A stretch of DNA of 64,000 bases, taken from Tubiluchus corallicola. Taxonomy: Eukaryota > Animalia > Priapulida. Below, piece after piece: positions 39,990-55,452 of this stretch; position 1 is the first letter of the stretch, and each line of letters opens with the position of its first letter. The DNA lies in assembly GCA_030141605.1 (NCBI GenBank), contig JAQGDQ010000631.1, forward strand, positions 1 to 64,000, in the 5' to 3' direction. The notes beneath the pieces are model-generated. The model saw only the letters and a list, made by a program, of their open reading frames with translations. It was not told the DNA's origin and made no database searches. The position numbers and the translations under genes were made by a program.

Positions 39990-40535
39990 GACATCCATCG
40001 TAACCTCGTCTCTCACAACGAGAACGTGAAACTGTAAAAGCAAAGTTCATGATAATTTGCACTAAATTGTTAATTAATTTAAGTGTTAGTTAAGTAATTC
40101 TAATAAATATCGTAGGCCTTAATCAACTGTAGTTTATTTACTTTTTGAAGCTGTATAAACAACCCGTGTCTGCTTACCAGCCATGTTCTTGTTTTACTCG
40201 ATAAAGGGAGAGAAGTCCAGCACCACGTTTCTCAGCCGAGTATCAGAATCAACTCCTTCGGGTTTCAGTGATGCCTCGGAGCGAGATGAACCGTTTCCAT
40301 GGCAACGATTGTGCGTCACCATACAATATGTGTCGTCATACGTTAGACACGTAGACAATTACGGGATAAATTGTTGCATGTCGATTCTCTAAATATAAAT
40401 AAAATTTACATATTTTTGACTTTAAAACGATTAACAGCAAATTAAGAGAACCACCTATAAGTGCTCTGCCTGGGTGGCCTCTCCCTTTCTCTTGTGTTAC
40501 TTTGTAATACTATTTTGAAACGAATCAATAAATCA

Positions 40536-41500
<965 letters not shown>

Positions 41501-41783
41501 AAGACAAACCTTTGCACCAAACACCAACAACACTCTAAATTAAGCAGCTACAAGAACCAATTAAAAATAATTTCTGTTGCAGAGCAGAAAGTTGATCTTT
41601 AAGCTCTAGCTGAAGATTTTTTATCAAAAAAGTATCAAAAATGTGCAAATTAAACGCACTGTTAACTAAAATATTGAAATTATTGAGTTTAACGAGTTTT
41701 GAGTTTGCAAACAATCAACTTAACTCTGATTTAAACTCAGTAATTTCAAGATTTGTAACGTTTTTTTTTAAATTCTTTAACAG

Positions 41784-41913
41784 TAGTTCCATGTGCTCGC
41801 AAGGATACGGATGTGTACGATCTTTGCTTCCTGGGGCGAGGTCCATCCAGAGCTGACATTCTCGGAAAGATCCTGCAAAAGAGGAAGAGATTTGACCAGT
41901 TTTCAGTGTGCAT
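41784..41913 (+). CDS. Pentraxin-domain protein, exon 3
   Basis: Acceptor ttctttaacag; VPCARKDTDVYDLCFLG...RFDQFSVC; donor at|gtaagt; phase 1->2. Confidence 0.82.
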
Positions 41914-42566
41914 GTAAGTGATGTGTAGAAATACCTTATTACATACAGAGTGTCTTATATGCCACTATACACATTCAATTCATGTCAATTTAAATTTCAA
42001 TTTATTCATTTCTTTAGAACACTACAATAGAATATTATTAATAACAGAATCAATAATAATGTAAATTTTTTTTAAAAAAAATTATGTAATGTAATACGTG
42101 TTATATTAGTTTTGTAATGTCAAATGTAATGAGTGAAATTTATGTAATGTAAAGCATGTTTGTGTTAATTGTGTCATGTCAAATGTATATGTAGTGTAAA
42201 ATATGTCATGTAAAATTTAATGTGCTTTTGTAATGTTGTTTTGTAAAAATATTTTAATATGGTGTTTGTAAATATGTCCATTTATTGTATATAATTAGGC
42301 CTTAGTTTTGCACTTTAGTTTTTTTAGTCAGCACTGGACGCATTTGTCTTGAACAGTGTTGTTATTTTAACATTACGCTGAGGATTACTCAATTTTATTA
42401 AAATGAGTGAACCATTTTAATGACAAATAAAGAATTAATATATATATATAATTATCAGAAACACTTTTGAGGTATAAATTGTGATAAAATATATACTTTT
42501 TATACGACTTGACCATGGGGAATCATTCCTGTCTTCCTTTGAACAACTTTTTCATGCATTTTTCAG

Positions 42567-42671
42567 GTGGTTTAAAATTGACCCGTATCACTATGATGCC
42601 AAAAATTTTGAAAGGGCAGAAGCATTGTTGTGGCATTTGTATCCGTGGTCTCTCATACTCCCATGCAGAGG
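42567..42671 (+). CDS. Pentraxin-domain protein, exon 4
   Basis: Acceptor tttttcag; completes FSVCMWFK (pentraxin F[T/S]VCxW motif); donor gg|gtaagt; phase 2->2. Confidence 0.85.
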
Positions 42672-43210
42672 GTAAGTCTGTTGTTTGTAAAGCATTAGGA
42701 AAGTGACAAAAAAGCTCACCAGATGGCGCTATGGATATCCGGAAATGCGTCAAGGTTACTTGAAAACTACTAAAACAAATATTGGTTTGTTCTTTGCAAA
42801 TCTTATTGCTTTAATTTAGGAATGAACTGAAAATTTTAATGCTGTCAATTAACTAATACACGTTCGTACTGGAAATAGAAAAATTATTTGTACTAGTACT
42901 TGTAATAAGTAATAGATAAACTGATTGTATTGGTTAGACAGATTTGCCCCTGGTGACACCTGTTGGAGAATCACGTTTTCATCATTAGATTTTAGTGGCT
43001 TTGATAACACTTGTTCAATATAATAAACCATGTAATAGCCTATAATAGATCAAAAATAATCATTTCTAGTATCTGTTTATATAATCACTTGTAGTCGTAA
43101 TTATTTATATTAAATCTATTCCCAAACCTAAAGAGACCTATAACCTGCTGGTTCTTTTTTTATAAAATACTGTTAATTTTATAAACGTTCTTAATAGTAA
43201 TAATAAAAAT

Positions 43211-44180
<970 letters not shown>

Positions 44181-44301
44181 AATAGCTTTAAACATTTTTT
44201 GTTAGCCTGAACACTTTACGTTTGCTTTCTCTTTCTGCATGTTTAGCCCCTCTGTAACAATAAAGTCACACTAAATTAACTTTAATCTTTTCTGATTGTA
44301 G

Positions 44302-44413
44302 TCTAAGAGCATATCATCACAGAGATTATTGCGATGGATTCTGGCATCATATTTGCGCAACGTTTGATGTTAACAATAAAGAATTCATGGCTCATGTCGA
44401 CTGTGGTGAACAG
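44302..44413 (+). CDS. Pentraxin-domain protein, exon 5
   Basis: LRAYHHRDYCDGFWHHICATFDVNNKEFMAHVDCGEQ contains a variant of the pentraxin HxCx[ST]W signature; donor cag|gtaggt; phase 2->0. Confidence 0.9.
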
Positions 44414-44545
44414 GTAGGTCTTTAGTAGAATTTTCTCGCTCACTTGGCACTTAGTTTAGCCAATTGCCCGAGGTGTTTTGTAGAAGAGTGGTAAAATGAG
44501 GTAACCTAAGATGCACTTTGTTTGAAGTTTTGCGAAGCAGAGAAA

Positions 44546-44835
44546 ACTTGACAGGTAAGATGATTTCAGAACAAACTTGACAGGTGAGATGATTTCAGAA
44601 CAAACTTGACAGGTGAGATGATTTCAGAACAAACTTGACAGGTGAGATGATTTCAGAACAAACTTGACAGGTGAGATGACTTCACCCCAGCAAGCTGGTT
44701 CCCTGGATCTGCCTCAGCAACCTGGTTCCCTGGATCTGCCTCAGCAACCTGGTTCCCTGGATCTGCCTCAGCAACCTGGTTCCCTGGATCTGCCCCAGCA
44801 ACCTGGTTCCCTGGATCTGCCCCAGCAAGCAGGTT
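44546..44835. repeat. Adjacent 29-bp and 27-bp minisatellites
   Basis: gacaggtgagatgatttcagaacaaactt ~x5, then cagcaacctggttccctggatctgcct ~x5. Confidence 0.9.
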
Positions 44836-45110
44836 CATTAATAACACTTACGAACAGAATGACTTAATAAAATTATACGATGGCGACGACGACGACGATG
44901 ACCGCCATGGCCACAGCGACGGCGACGGTGACAAGGAGAGCGACAACGACAAAACTAACAACAAACTAACAACAATGACGACAATGATAACAACAACAAC
45001 AACAACAATAACAACAATGACAATGACAACAACAACTACACTGACAACAACAACATCAAAGACAACAACAATGACAACAATAACAACACAACCACGACAT
45101 CAACAAAGAT

Positions 45111-45145
<35 letters not shown>

Positions 45146-45504
45146 GGACAACGACAAGGACGACGACCACAACAAAAGGACAACAACGACGACAACAATA
45201 ACAACACAACTATGACATCAACAATGACAACGGAGATGACAACAACAACAATGACTATACTGACAACAACGACAGCAACGACAACAACGAGAACACCAAC
45301 AAAAATGACGACGACGACGACAACACTAGCAATAACAACAATAAAAACAACAGCACAGCAGTCTACATCACCATCATTATAACCATCACTTTCATCTGTA
45401 ATCATTACTAAACCGTGCTGTAAATTGAACAGTAGCACCTCTGACTCAGACACTTAAATCCCATTTGAATGTTTTTTTTGTTAAAATAGTTTCTGAATTT
45501 GTAG

Positions 45505-45768
45505 GGAGGTGGCGCCACATTTCGGCTGCCTCACAGCAACAAAACATCTCCGGATGTCTCAAATAGTGACTCGTACACAATTGTGGGAGCGCTGGGAGAC
45601 TCTGTGGTCGATTTCCAACGAAGAGAATTTCGCGGATGCATTTCTGATTTTAACTGGTACGAAGGCATCCGTTCCCGCTTTGCAATTGGAGACCACTGCC
45701 GCTCCTGCTTGAACAACAATGGCGACATCGTGAGGTGGACTGACGCACGAGACCATCTTCGTGGTGTT
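45505..45768 (+). CDS. Pentraxin-domain protein, exon 6
   Basis: ...YTIVGALGDS...EFRGCISDFNWYE...CLNNNGDIVRWTD matches the pentraxin FxGxIsxxN and C...GxIxxW motifs; donor tt|gtaagt; phase 0->0. Confidence 0.9.
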
Positions 45769-46525
45769 GTAAGTGTCTCCATCTGTTAGAGCTTTTACAA
45801 AGCAAAATGTAGCGTTGTAAGGAGGAAGTCATGTGTCCATAGTGGCATCTCTAGATCATCTTCGTGGTGTTGCAAGTGTCTCCATCTGTTAGAGCTTTTA
45901 CAAAGCAAAATGTAGCGTTGTAAGGAGGAAGTTATGTGTCCATAACTAAATCTCGAGACCATTTTCGTGGTGTTGTAAGTGTCTCCATCTGTTAGAGTTT
46001 TTACAAAGTAAAATGCTAAGGAGGAAGTTATGTGTCCATAACTAAATCTCGAGACCATTTTCGTGGTGTTGTAAGTGCCTCCATCTGTTAGAGCTTTTAC
46101 AAAGTAAAATGCTAAGGAGGAAGTTATATGTCCATAACTAAATCTCGAGACCATTTTCGTGGTGTTGTAAGTGTCTCCATCTATTAGAGCTTTTACAAAG
46201 TAAAATGTAGCGTTGTAAGGAGGAAGTTATGTGTTCATAGTGGCATCTCCAAATCATCTTCGTGGTGTTGTAAGTGTCTCCATCTGTTAGAGCTTTTACA
46301 AAGTAAAATGTAGCATTGTAAGGAGGAAGTTATGTGTTCATAGTGGCATCTCCAAATCATCTTCGTGGTGTTGTAAGTGCCTCCATCTGTTAGAGCTTTT
46401 ACAAAGTAAAATGCTAAGGATGAAGTTATGTGTCCATAACTAAATCTCGAGACCATTTTCGTGGTGTCGTATGTGTCTCCATTTATCAGAGCTTTCACAA
46501 AGTAAAGTGTAACGTTGCAAGGAGG
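45750..46525. repeat. ~95-104-bp tandem repeat x8 containing the exon 6 end and splice donor
   Basis: cat[c/t]ttcgtggtgttgtaagtgtctccatctgttagagcttttacaaag repeated. Confidence 0.92.
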
Positions 46526-47904
46526 AGATTAAGTTTTGTCTGTGTATCTACCTGTCTGTTTGTCCTTCTGTTCGTCTGTCAGTTTGTTGGCTTGACCTTC
46601 ATAAAGCTTTGTTGAAGAGCAGGGCTTTGGATAAGGAAGAATCCACTAAATTTCAATCGTGAAAGAAAATCAAGTTTAATCTCTTGACAATGGGAAAAAT
46701 TCTATGTGACGTCACAATTGAGCGTTGCGGAAAACTAATATATAAGCAAAGGTACACGTCATCAATGAGATGACGTCAGAACAATTTGTGACGTCTTGAA
46801 CTAAGGAACAGAATTTATTGCGCGTTCGGATTAGTAAGTTTTTCTATCACGAGTTTTCTCTCTGATAGCAAACTCGCAAGTGTAAACTGCTTTGGCAAGA
46901 AATTGCTGAGTTACAGCGAGTTGAGTTACTGTCCAGTGTGAACGCCTCGGCGAATTACTCGCGACACTTCTATCTTTGAAAGGAGAAGAATAACTTGCAG
47001 CAAGTTTTGCTCTCTGGTGTGAACAAGCTTGCTAGTTACTTAGCGACCTTTTAGGCGCGTTAACTCCGCGTGAGAACTCGCTATTGTGAACACGCTACTA
47101 GTAAACTTTGTATAAATCATTACATGTGCTGTTTCTCATCAAAACTGCCAGACGACATGTTTAAAGCCAAATAGGACCTAATCTTAGACTATAGGTCAAA
47201 ACAAACTTTAAAATGTTGAAAGGAAACGGACTATTTTTTCAAAAATCAGTTACGTGAAAGAATTATTACCACACAAACACAATTTCACGTTCGCGCCACT
47301 AGTTGTTCGCTGTTACATGCATTTCAACATTTGCTAGTTAGACGGGCACTAGCGCCTGCATTTCCCGAACACATTACGCAGAAGCAAGTGCTGTACCTAT
47401 CAGTTCAGATGTGTTAGTTACTGACGAACTGCACACGTACCACAGCTCAAGAGTGAGCACAGCGGTAAACTTGAAATTTGAATTTTTTTCTTAAAATTTG
47501 CCTAGTTTTGGTACAACACGCTCAATGTCTTACAGTAGCACTGTACTTCAGTTTTTGCTATCGCAAACACGCGCAGCACGTCTATGGAATATTTTGCCGT
47601 TGAAAATTATGTTAGTTTGTGACGTCATCAATAGTTGGGCTTGCGAGCTGTTAATCAAGTTTTTAATCTATCATTTAATTACCACAAAAACTTTTACAGC
47701 ACTAATCGTTTTAAAATATATACCTTTTATCGGATTTGAAAGTGGGGTAGTATGTGAAAAATCATCCTGTCTTCCTTTTAGCTTGCTTTACCTTGATGGT
47801 GGAAGTCTATTGAGCGATAATGTAGTAAATAAGAAGGTAATGTCGATAGTAAGTAAGGTAAGGTAGGTAGATAAGGTAAGGTAAGGTAGATAAGGCAGAT
47901 AAGA

Positions 47905-48295
47905 TAGGTAATGTCGATAGAAACGGGTAGATGGGCGAGACAGCCAAGGGAAAATAGGTTATGTCCTTGTGGGGACATTCAAACTGAGAAACACGTTATA
48001 CAGACACGCCCCCTAACATCAAATATTAGAAACTGCTACGACAATGTAAACTTTGCTGATTTAACTCACTTCTTTGATTGTTATCACACTAATTGTTATA
48101 TAATATGTTATGAAATTTTGCAACTTTTATGCTGATCTTGATGTACCTTGTATGCATAACATTGTTTTTAATGCTATAACCTTGAGTATGAAATGTACGT
48201 AAAGTGACATTTGGACTAAAATCACTAATGTATCGACTGTGGCATTTACCTCGTTCCTCGTGTATACATGTAACTTGTTTTATTCAATAAACTGC
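47905..48295 (+). mobile_element. 5'-truncated LINE (RTE-X-like) 3' end
   Basis: IETGRWARQPRENRLCPCGDIQTEKHVI resembles the C-terminal Cys/His motif of LINE ORF2; AATAAA at ~48286 is followed by a (CATA)n tail. Confidence 0.7.
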
Positions 48296-48824
<529 letters not shown>

Positions 48825-48867
48825 TAGTGTTTGTTGCTTTTTGCATAAAATAATTTTTGTTCTTCAG

Positions 48868-49176
48868 GTTATACCTGCCCATCCATCGACGTGCTTGCGT
48901 AACGCAGACCTGGAAGTGTCGTGCAGAAATCCAGTCTACTACGATTTCAATCCACTTCCACAACAAGATCCACGGAGTCCAAATTACGATCAATATTACG
49001 ATGGTCGTTACCGGCAAGAGGAATTCCTGGACAGAAATCCATCCAATCTCCCGGATCAGCAACTGGATTATTTGACCGGAACAGTTGCACGCAGGAATCC
49101 ACGTAGGCTTCCACGTCGACGCGTTTCATCGTATCCAAGACGTGACTCTCAGATTCAGAGAACCGTCATTTATTAA
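48868..49176 (+). CDS. Pentraxin-domain protein, last exon (343 aa in total)
   Basis: Acceptor tttttgttcttcag, phase 0; VIPAHPSTCLRNADLEVSC...RRNPRRLPRRRVSS...VIY-TAA. Confidence 0.78.
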   Translation, partial: VIPAHPSTCLRNADLEVSCRNPVYYDFNPLPQQDPRSPNYDQYYDGRYRQEEFLDRNPSNLPDQQLDYLTGTVARRNPRRLPRRRVSSYPRRDSQIQRTVIY

Positions 49177-49367
49177 AGGATTGGAAGAAGAAGCAAACAT
49201 CTTTTGGCGTCCAAAGTGGATTTTAACTGGTTGTTTAGTGGATGAAATCCATGCCATGTCTCCATGATTAACTGTTTGTTTTTACCTAGAATTAATATTA
49301 TTTGTTTTGTCCTTAATTTCAACTCGTAAACGTAAGCCATGAGATACAATAAGCCTTTACACAGTGA

Positions 49368-49612
49368 TGTGATGATGATCGTGAAAAGGTCAAAGGTCAA
49401 GTGTACCAGACAACGCATTTGTGTACACTTGACAACGCCTCGCAGTCCAAGCCCAGACTAATGCATAATTTTGTAAAGTTCACTCAGAACAACTAAAGTT
49501 ACAGAACTCATTCGACAGACGGTTTTGCTTTACCCACAGGTTACGGTTGTAGTTAAGACTTATTGCCATGGTACATTTAACCTTTGACCTACAGCAATTG
49601 CGCATGCGCAAA
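49368..49612. repeat. Dispersed repeat with inverted aggtcaaaggt ends; second copy at 52820-53138
   Basis: gatcgtgaaaaggtcaaaggt ... ttaacctttgacctacagcaa is present in both copies. Confidence 0.7.
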
Positions 49613-49628
49613 ACGAAACTGTGAAAAG

Positions 49629-50508
49629 AGGGTTAGGGTTAGGGTTATGGTTAGGATTAGAATTAGGATTAGGGCTAGGGTTAGGGTTAGGGTTATGGTT
49701 AGGATTAGAATTAGGATTAGGGCTAGGGTTAGGGTTAGGGTTAGAGTTAGGATTAGGGCTAGGTTTAGGATTAGGATTAGAGTTAGCATTAGTACTAGGG
49801 TTAGGACTAGGGTTAGGATTAGGGCTAGGGCTAGGGTTAGGGTTAGGTTAGGTTAGATTAGGACTAGGGTTAGGGTTAGGATTAGGATTAGGGCTAGGGC
49901 TAGGTTTAGGATTAGGATTAGAGTTAGCATTAGTACTAGGGTTAGGGTTAAGGTTAGGGTTATGGTTAGGATTAGATTAGGATTAGGGCTAGGGTTAGGC
50001 TAGGGTCAGGATTATGGTTAGGCTTAGGAATAAAGTCAGGATTAGACTAGGGTTAGGGTTAGGGTTAGGGTTAGGGTTAGGACTAGGGTTAGGATTAGGA
50101 ATAGAGTCAGGATTAGACTAGGGTTAGGGTTAAGGTTAGGATTAGGACTAGGGTTAGGACTAGGGTTAGCATTAGTACTAGGGTTAGGACTAGGGTTAGG
50201 GTTAGGGTTAGGGTTAGGGTTAGGTTTAGGATTAGGACTAGGGTTAGGATTAGGACTAGGGTTAGGACTAGGGTTAGCATTAGTACTAGGGTTAGGACTA
50301 GGGTTAGGGTTAGGGTTAGGGTTAGGGTTAGGGTTAGGGTTAGGTTTAGGATTAGGACTAGGGTTAGGATTAGGACTAGGGTTAGGATTAGGGTTAGGAT
50401 TAGGGTTAGGGTTAGGGTTAGGGTTAGGGTTAGGGTTAGGGTTGGGGTTAGGGTTAAGGTAATGGTTATGATTAGAGTTAGGATTAGGGCTAAGGTTTGA
50501 GTTAGGGT
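49629..50508. repeat. Degenerate interstitial (TTAGGG)n-like array
   Basis: Runs of ttaggg mixed with ttagga, ctaggg and ttagca variants. Confidence 0.92.
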
Positions 50509-51019
50509 ATTTAGATTGAGTTGGGGAATTGTAAACTCATTCCGTGACATTTAGCACAGAGATTGCAACAATAAAATGACGACCAATATGACTTAATTAT
50601 CCAACCTTTTGCAGCCTTAGTACAATAAGAAAAATGTTTTACAAGGGCATTCGCTTTGGCATTAGATAAGCAAAGTAGGCTCATCTTCAGCTGTTGTCGA
50701 TAATATGTGATATACGTGATGTATAAATGTGATATATAATTATGTGATAACATACGATATACGTACCAGCGCTGATATTTCACAAAAGCAAAAATTAAAA
50801 ATTTACAAACTACAAAATACTTTTTGGCAGTAGACTAGTCTCGAATACATGTTTTACTTATGAATTTAAAATGTGTTAAAGCATTTGTTCATGAGGATTA
50901 TTTTCTTAATTCAACTCTTGCGTACAGCATTTGCAAGGCAACACTAGAATCAAGGGTTGTAAAAGGTGGAAAACGGTCCACCGGTCAAAGGAACACCTTT
51001 CACATTTTCAAAAGTGGTC

Positions 51020-51640
51020 ATCATTGTTTTCATCATCATCATTATCACCATCGCCGTCATCGCTATTTTCGTTATCATTATTTTGATGCTACAATCATGA
51101 TCGTCATTGAGATTAACGTCATCCTTATTTTCATTATCACTAGCATTGTTGTCGACATTATCATCACAAACACCACCAGCACCCGCTACTATCACCAACA
51201 TTAAAACAATCATCATCATCATCACTACCATCATCACCACCTCCACCACCACTATTATCATCATCATCATCATCATCATCGTCATCATCATCACCGTCAT
51301 AATCGTCGCCATCATCACCATCATCATCGTTGTCATCGTCATCGTCATCACAATTATCATCATCGTCATCATCATCATTACCATCATCACCACCACCACT
51401 ATCAACTTCATCAACATCATAATTATCATCATCATCGTCACCATCACCATCACCATTACCAGCACCATTATCATCATCGTTGTCATCATCATTGTCGCCG
51501 TCGTCATCATCATCATTGTCACCGTCGTCATCATCATCATCACCACCATCATCATCATCATCGTCGCCGTCGTCATCATCATCATCGTCGTCGTCGTCAT
51601 CATCATCATCATCGTCGTCGTCGTCGTCGTCGTCATCACC
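51020..51640. repeat. (CAT/CGT)n microsatellite
   Basis: Read directly. Confidence 0.92.
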
Positions 51641-52274
51641 ACTAGCCACCAACCAGCGAGACTATCACTGGCACCACTGTCAGATCAGCGATCTCTACAG
51701 CAGTTTGTTATTACCAGTATTACCAGTAAACCTGGAATTCATTGCAAACAATATAAACTTAATTCTGATGAAGCCAATTCAAGTATAAAATGCATTTGCT
51801 TTTGCATGAATTAATGACGGCTTCTCACGTATCTGTGCACTTCTGCTTAATGATAACGGTGTTATCAAAACGTGTAGGTTTTATCACTCAGCGAAAAACA
51901 AACGCTACGCATTATCGCTACGCATTTCCGCGAATTGTGGCTACGTTTTGTCCGCAAATCGTTAAAGGCGCGGATTCCAAGAATGCGCCCGTGCGTGCTT
52001 CGACGCGTCTCACAAATGAAGCCGCGTTCGTTCGAATCTGTATCTGAATTTGTAGCGCAGGTTGGAAGGGAGGGAAGACTTGCTGTGCAAGAATCTGGTG
52101 AAATTTGTGATTTGGACTTGCTGTGACGTGGTTCTCGTTTGATACGATAACTCAGGTATTGTACTTACCTGTATTAATTCTTACCTGTTAATTTGGTTTT
52201 GTATTTACCTTATGCGTCTTTGCAGTAATTTTGTTTAAACCTAGTTTATTTGGTTTAGATTAAACAATTTTACT

Positions 52275-52550
<276 letters not shown>

Positions 52551-53254
52551 ATTAAGCACAAGGATAAATATATAGATTATATACATGAGTAAAGGTAAAG
52601 AGTAAAACTATGCAAATACGATGGTTTAGGGTAGAAGCTGATACCTAAGTTCTTACAACTCTATGCAAAAGCAAATAAAGTGCAGATAAAATAAAATTAT
52701 ATAAACACAAACAAATGCATATATACAAACACATATAAACAAAGAAATATATACATACAAAGTTAGCAAATGTGAAACGATGAATGACAATAGCAATAAG
52801 ATTTTTCACAGTTTCAGTGATTGATGGTGATCGTGAAAAGGTCAAAGGTTAAGCTTACCAGGCAACTCATTTGTGTACACTTGACAACGCCTGGCAGCCC
52901 ATGCTATTGTAACAGTAACAGTTTTAACAACTAGCTAGAATCTTACCTAGTTCATTTTTTCTTGCTCCCAGCAAGGTCCTGCTAGTAAATTATTAGGCTA
53001 ATGCATAATGAAGTCCGTGTAAAACAACTAAAGTTACTGAACTGATGCTGCGCGTTACTCACATGTCACGCGACGACTTTAGTTAGACGCGTTACTGTGG
53101 TACGCTTAACCTTTGACCTACAGCAACTGAGTATGCGCTTATTGAATAACAACAATACCTTGTCTTAAAGTTTACGATAAAATACGCAAAACGGAACCTA
53201 AGATCTGGTCACTTTAAAACGTTTTGTTCCCCTAATGTAATTTTGAAAATTTCA

Positions 53255-53655
53255 GAGTTAACATCAACATTAGGATAATCACTTCTTCTAAGATACAATG
53301 ACAACAATTCACTGTTTATATTACCATATTGTAAAATGTTGATACTTAATGGCAATAAATACGTTATTTATCTGAATGAATACAATCAAAAATTTTACTG
53401 TAAGCATCAACATTAGAATCATCACTTCTTCTAAGATACAATGTCAACAATTCACTTTTAATGTTAGTATATTGTAAAATTTTGATACTTAATGGCAATA
53501 AATACGTTATTTATCTGAATGAATACAATCAAAAATTTTACAGTTAGCATCAACATTAAAGTCATCACTTCTTCTAAGATACAATGACAACAATTCACTG
53601 TTAATATTACCATATTGTAAAATGTTGATATTTAATGGCAATAAATACACTATTT
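53255..53655. repeat. ~144-bp tandem repeat, ~3 units
   Basis: catcaacatta...tcacttcttctaagatacaatg at ~53262, 53405 and 53548. Confidence 0.88.
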
Positions 53656-53689
53656 AATTGACTGAGCATAGCAGCTCTGGCTGGATAAT

Positions 53690-54088
53690 GAAATAATTCA
53701 AGGAAGAAACTTTCAGAACAAATTTAAAACAAATCAAGTCTTTCGACGAATTCAAATCAAAATTAAAAATACATACATTAAATCGTTTTGAAAACCCTAC
53801 ATACGTAAACGATAATATATATTCATCCGCAAATTTTATTTACCCACGTCCATTTTAAATTATATGTATATATTGTATATAGTCTATTATAATTTGCGTG
53901 TAACATTATAATGTATATTTTGTTTTCAATTTTTGACACAGCATTTGCCTTTAACAGTTGTGTGAATTTTATTCTCATGCTGCGATGTTCTTTTATGCTT
54001 TTATAGTTATGAATATTGATTTTTTATGGCAAATAAAGATTATATATATATATATTGTAAATATAATATATATATATATAATATATTG

Positions 54089-54120
<32 letters not shown>
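53690..54120 (+). mobile_element. LINE 3'-end remnant with (TA)n tail; the same tail recurs at 59003-59085
   Basis: NLKQIKSFDEFKSKLKIH resembles a CR1/L2 ORF2 end; catgctgcgatgttcttttatgcttttatagtt...aaataaagattatata occurs at both sites. Confidence 0.55.
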
Positions 54121-54123
<3 letters not shown>

Positions 54124-54493
54124 CAAATAATAACCCAAAACCAGTTTGGAGAGACGCGCATTAATATGTAGCAATTTTACAGCTGACCACAATACATTGT
54201 GACTCATAAGTCACTAAACACATTTTCCATATTTTTCAACGAACGAAACAAAATTTTCGAAAGCATGTGCAAATCTACAATAACCTTGGGTATTTTTCTC
54301 ATTCAAATTAGACTTAAATCTATAAAGAACTACTGCACTAGTAGGTTTGGCTATTTTCACTGCCTTCTTCAAGGACCTCAAGAGCGTAAGAGACCAATCC
54401 ACTGTCAAATCGGTCATCTGACTTTCAGAAAGTCTCTCATAGCTCACGAGTGGTGAGAAATGGTTGCATTTTGTTGAAAATCTACATTGTTAA

Positions 54494-54986
54494 CCCTTTC
54501 AGTCCCAAATTATTTTTTAATAAGAAAAATTTTTTGGCTTGGTACTTTTGTTCAGTATGTCCATCTTGTTTACACATAATAATTTTTTTCTACCTGTGCC
54601 CGTGTGCTAACTATAGCCTGTATCCCACGAGATACATTCGGATTCAATGGTTGCTAAACATGATAAAAAGCAAATGTTGTATTTTTGGAAATCTGAAGTT
54701 TGCTTCATTTTGCAACTGCTGGTAATTTTTTAAAGTATTTAAGACATTTAGTATGCATGCTCTGTTGATCTGTACAAAGTCGTCTCTAAAGTACTGTACC
54801 TTGCACAGTTTCTTATGCTATGTAGATTTTCTAGTTTGCCATTTTATCACTATTTTTAGTCTATTCTTATTGACATAAATCAAAATAACTATTAACAGAT
54901 CAAATAACTGTCAGTTTTAAAGTTTTATTAATTTTAAAGGCAGAAAATATTCTTGTATCCCACGAGATACAACGGGTATGAAAGGG
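54494..54986. mobile_element. piggyBac-type MITE, copy 3
   Basis: TTAA|ccctttcagtccc ... tgaaaggg|TTAA. Confidence 0.85.
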
Positions 54987-55353
54987 TTAAGAGTGAGGAA
55001 ACAGTGTGGTCCTGAATTTCTGCTGAATGTCAGTTGGTGATCGAAGGGCTTCATGCCAGACTGATTTTCCACTTTATTTTTAACATCATTGTGGAAAAAA
55101 ACGAACAATTTATTTTTTGAAAAATACAACTTCGACACTCGATTTCATTAGCAACGAAGCCATGAAATTCATTAAAGCTATTGTTACGTTGAGTTTTGAT
55201 ACTTTGTAAGCTTAGGAGTTTTTTTTACTAATGGCGCCTCCTATAGAACAATGAGATAAATTGAAATTTGCTCATCTAACACATCATTCGTGTTTAGTCT
55301 GGGGTGATTATGTTTCGTTTTCTTTCGCTTCTTGTTTTCTTTTACTCAGTTTG

Positions 55354-55406
55354 TCTCTCTCTCTCTCTTTTTCTCTCTCTCTCTCTTCCTCTCTCTCTCC
55401 CTCTCT

Positions 55407-55452
<46 letters not shown>

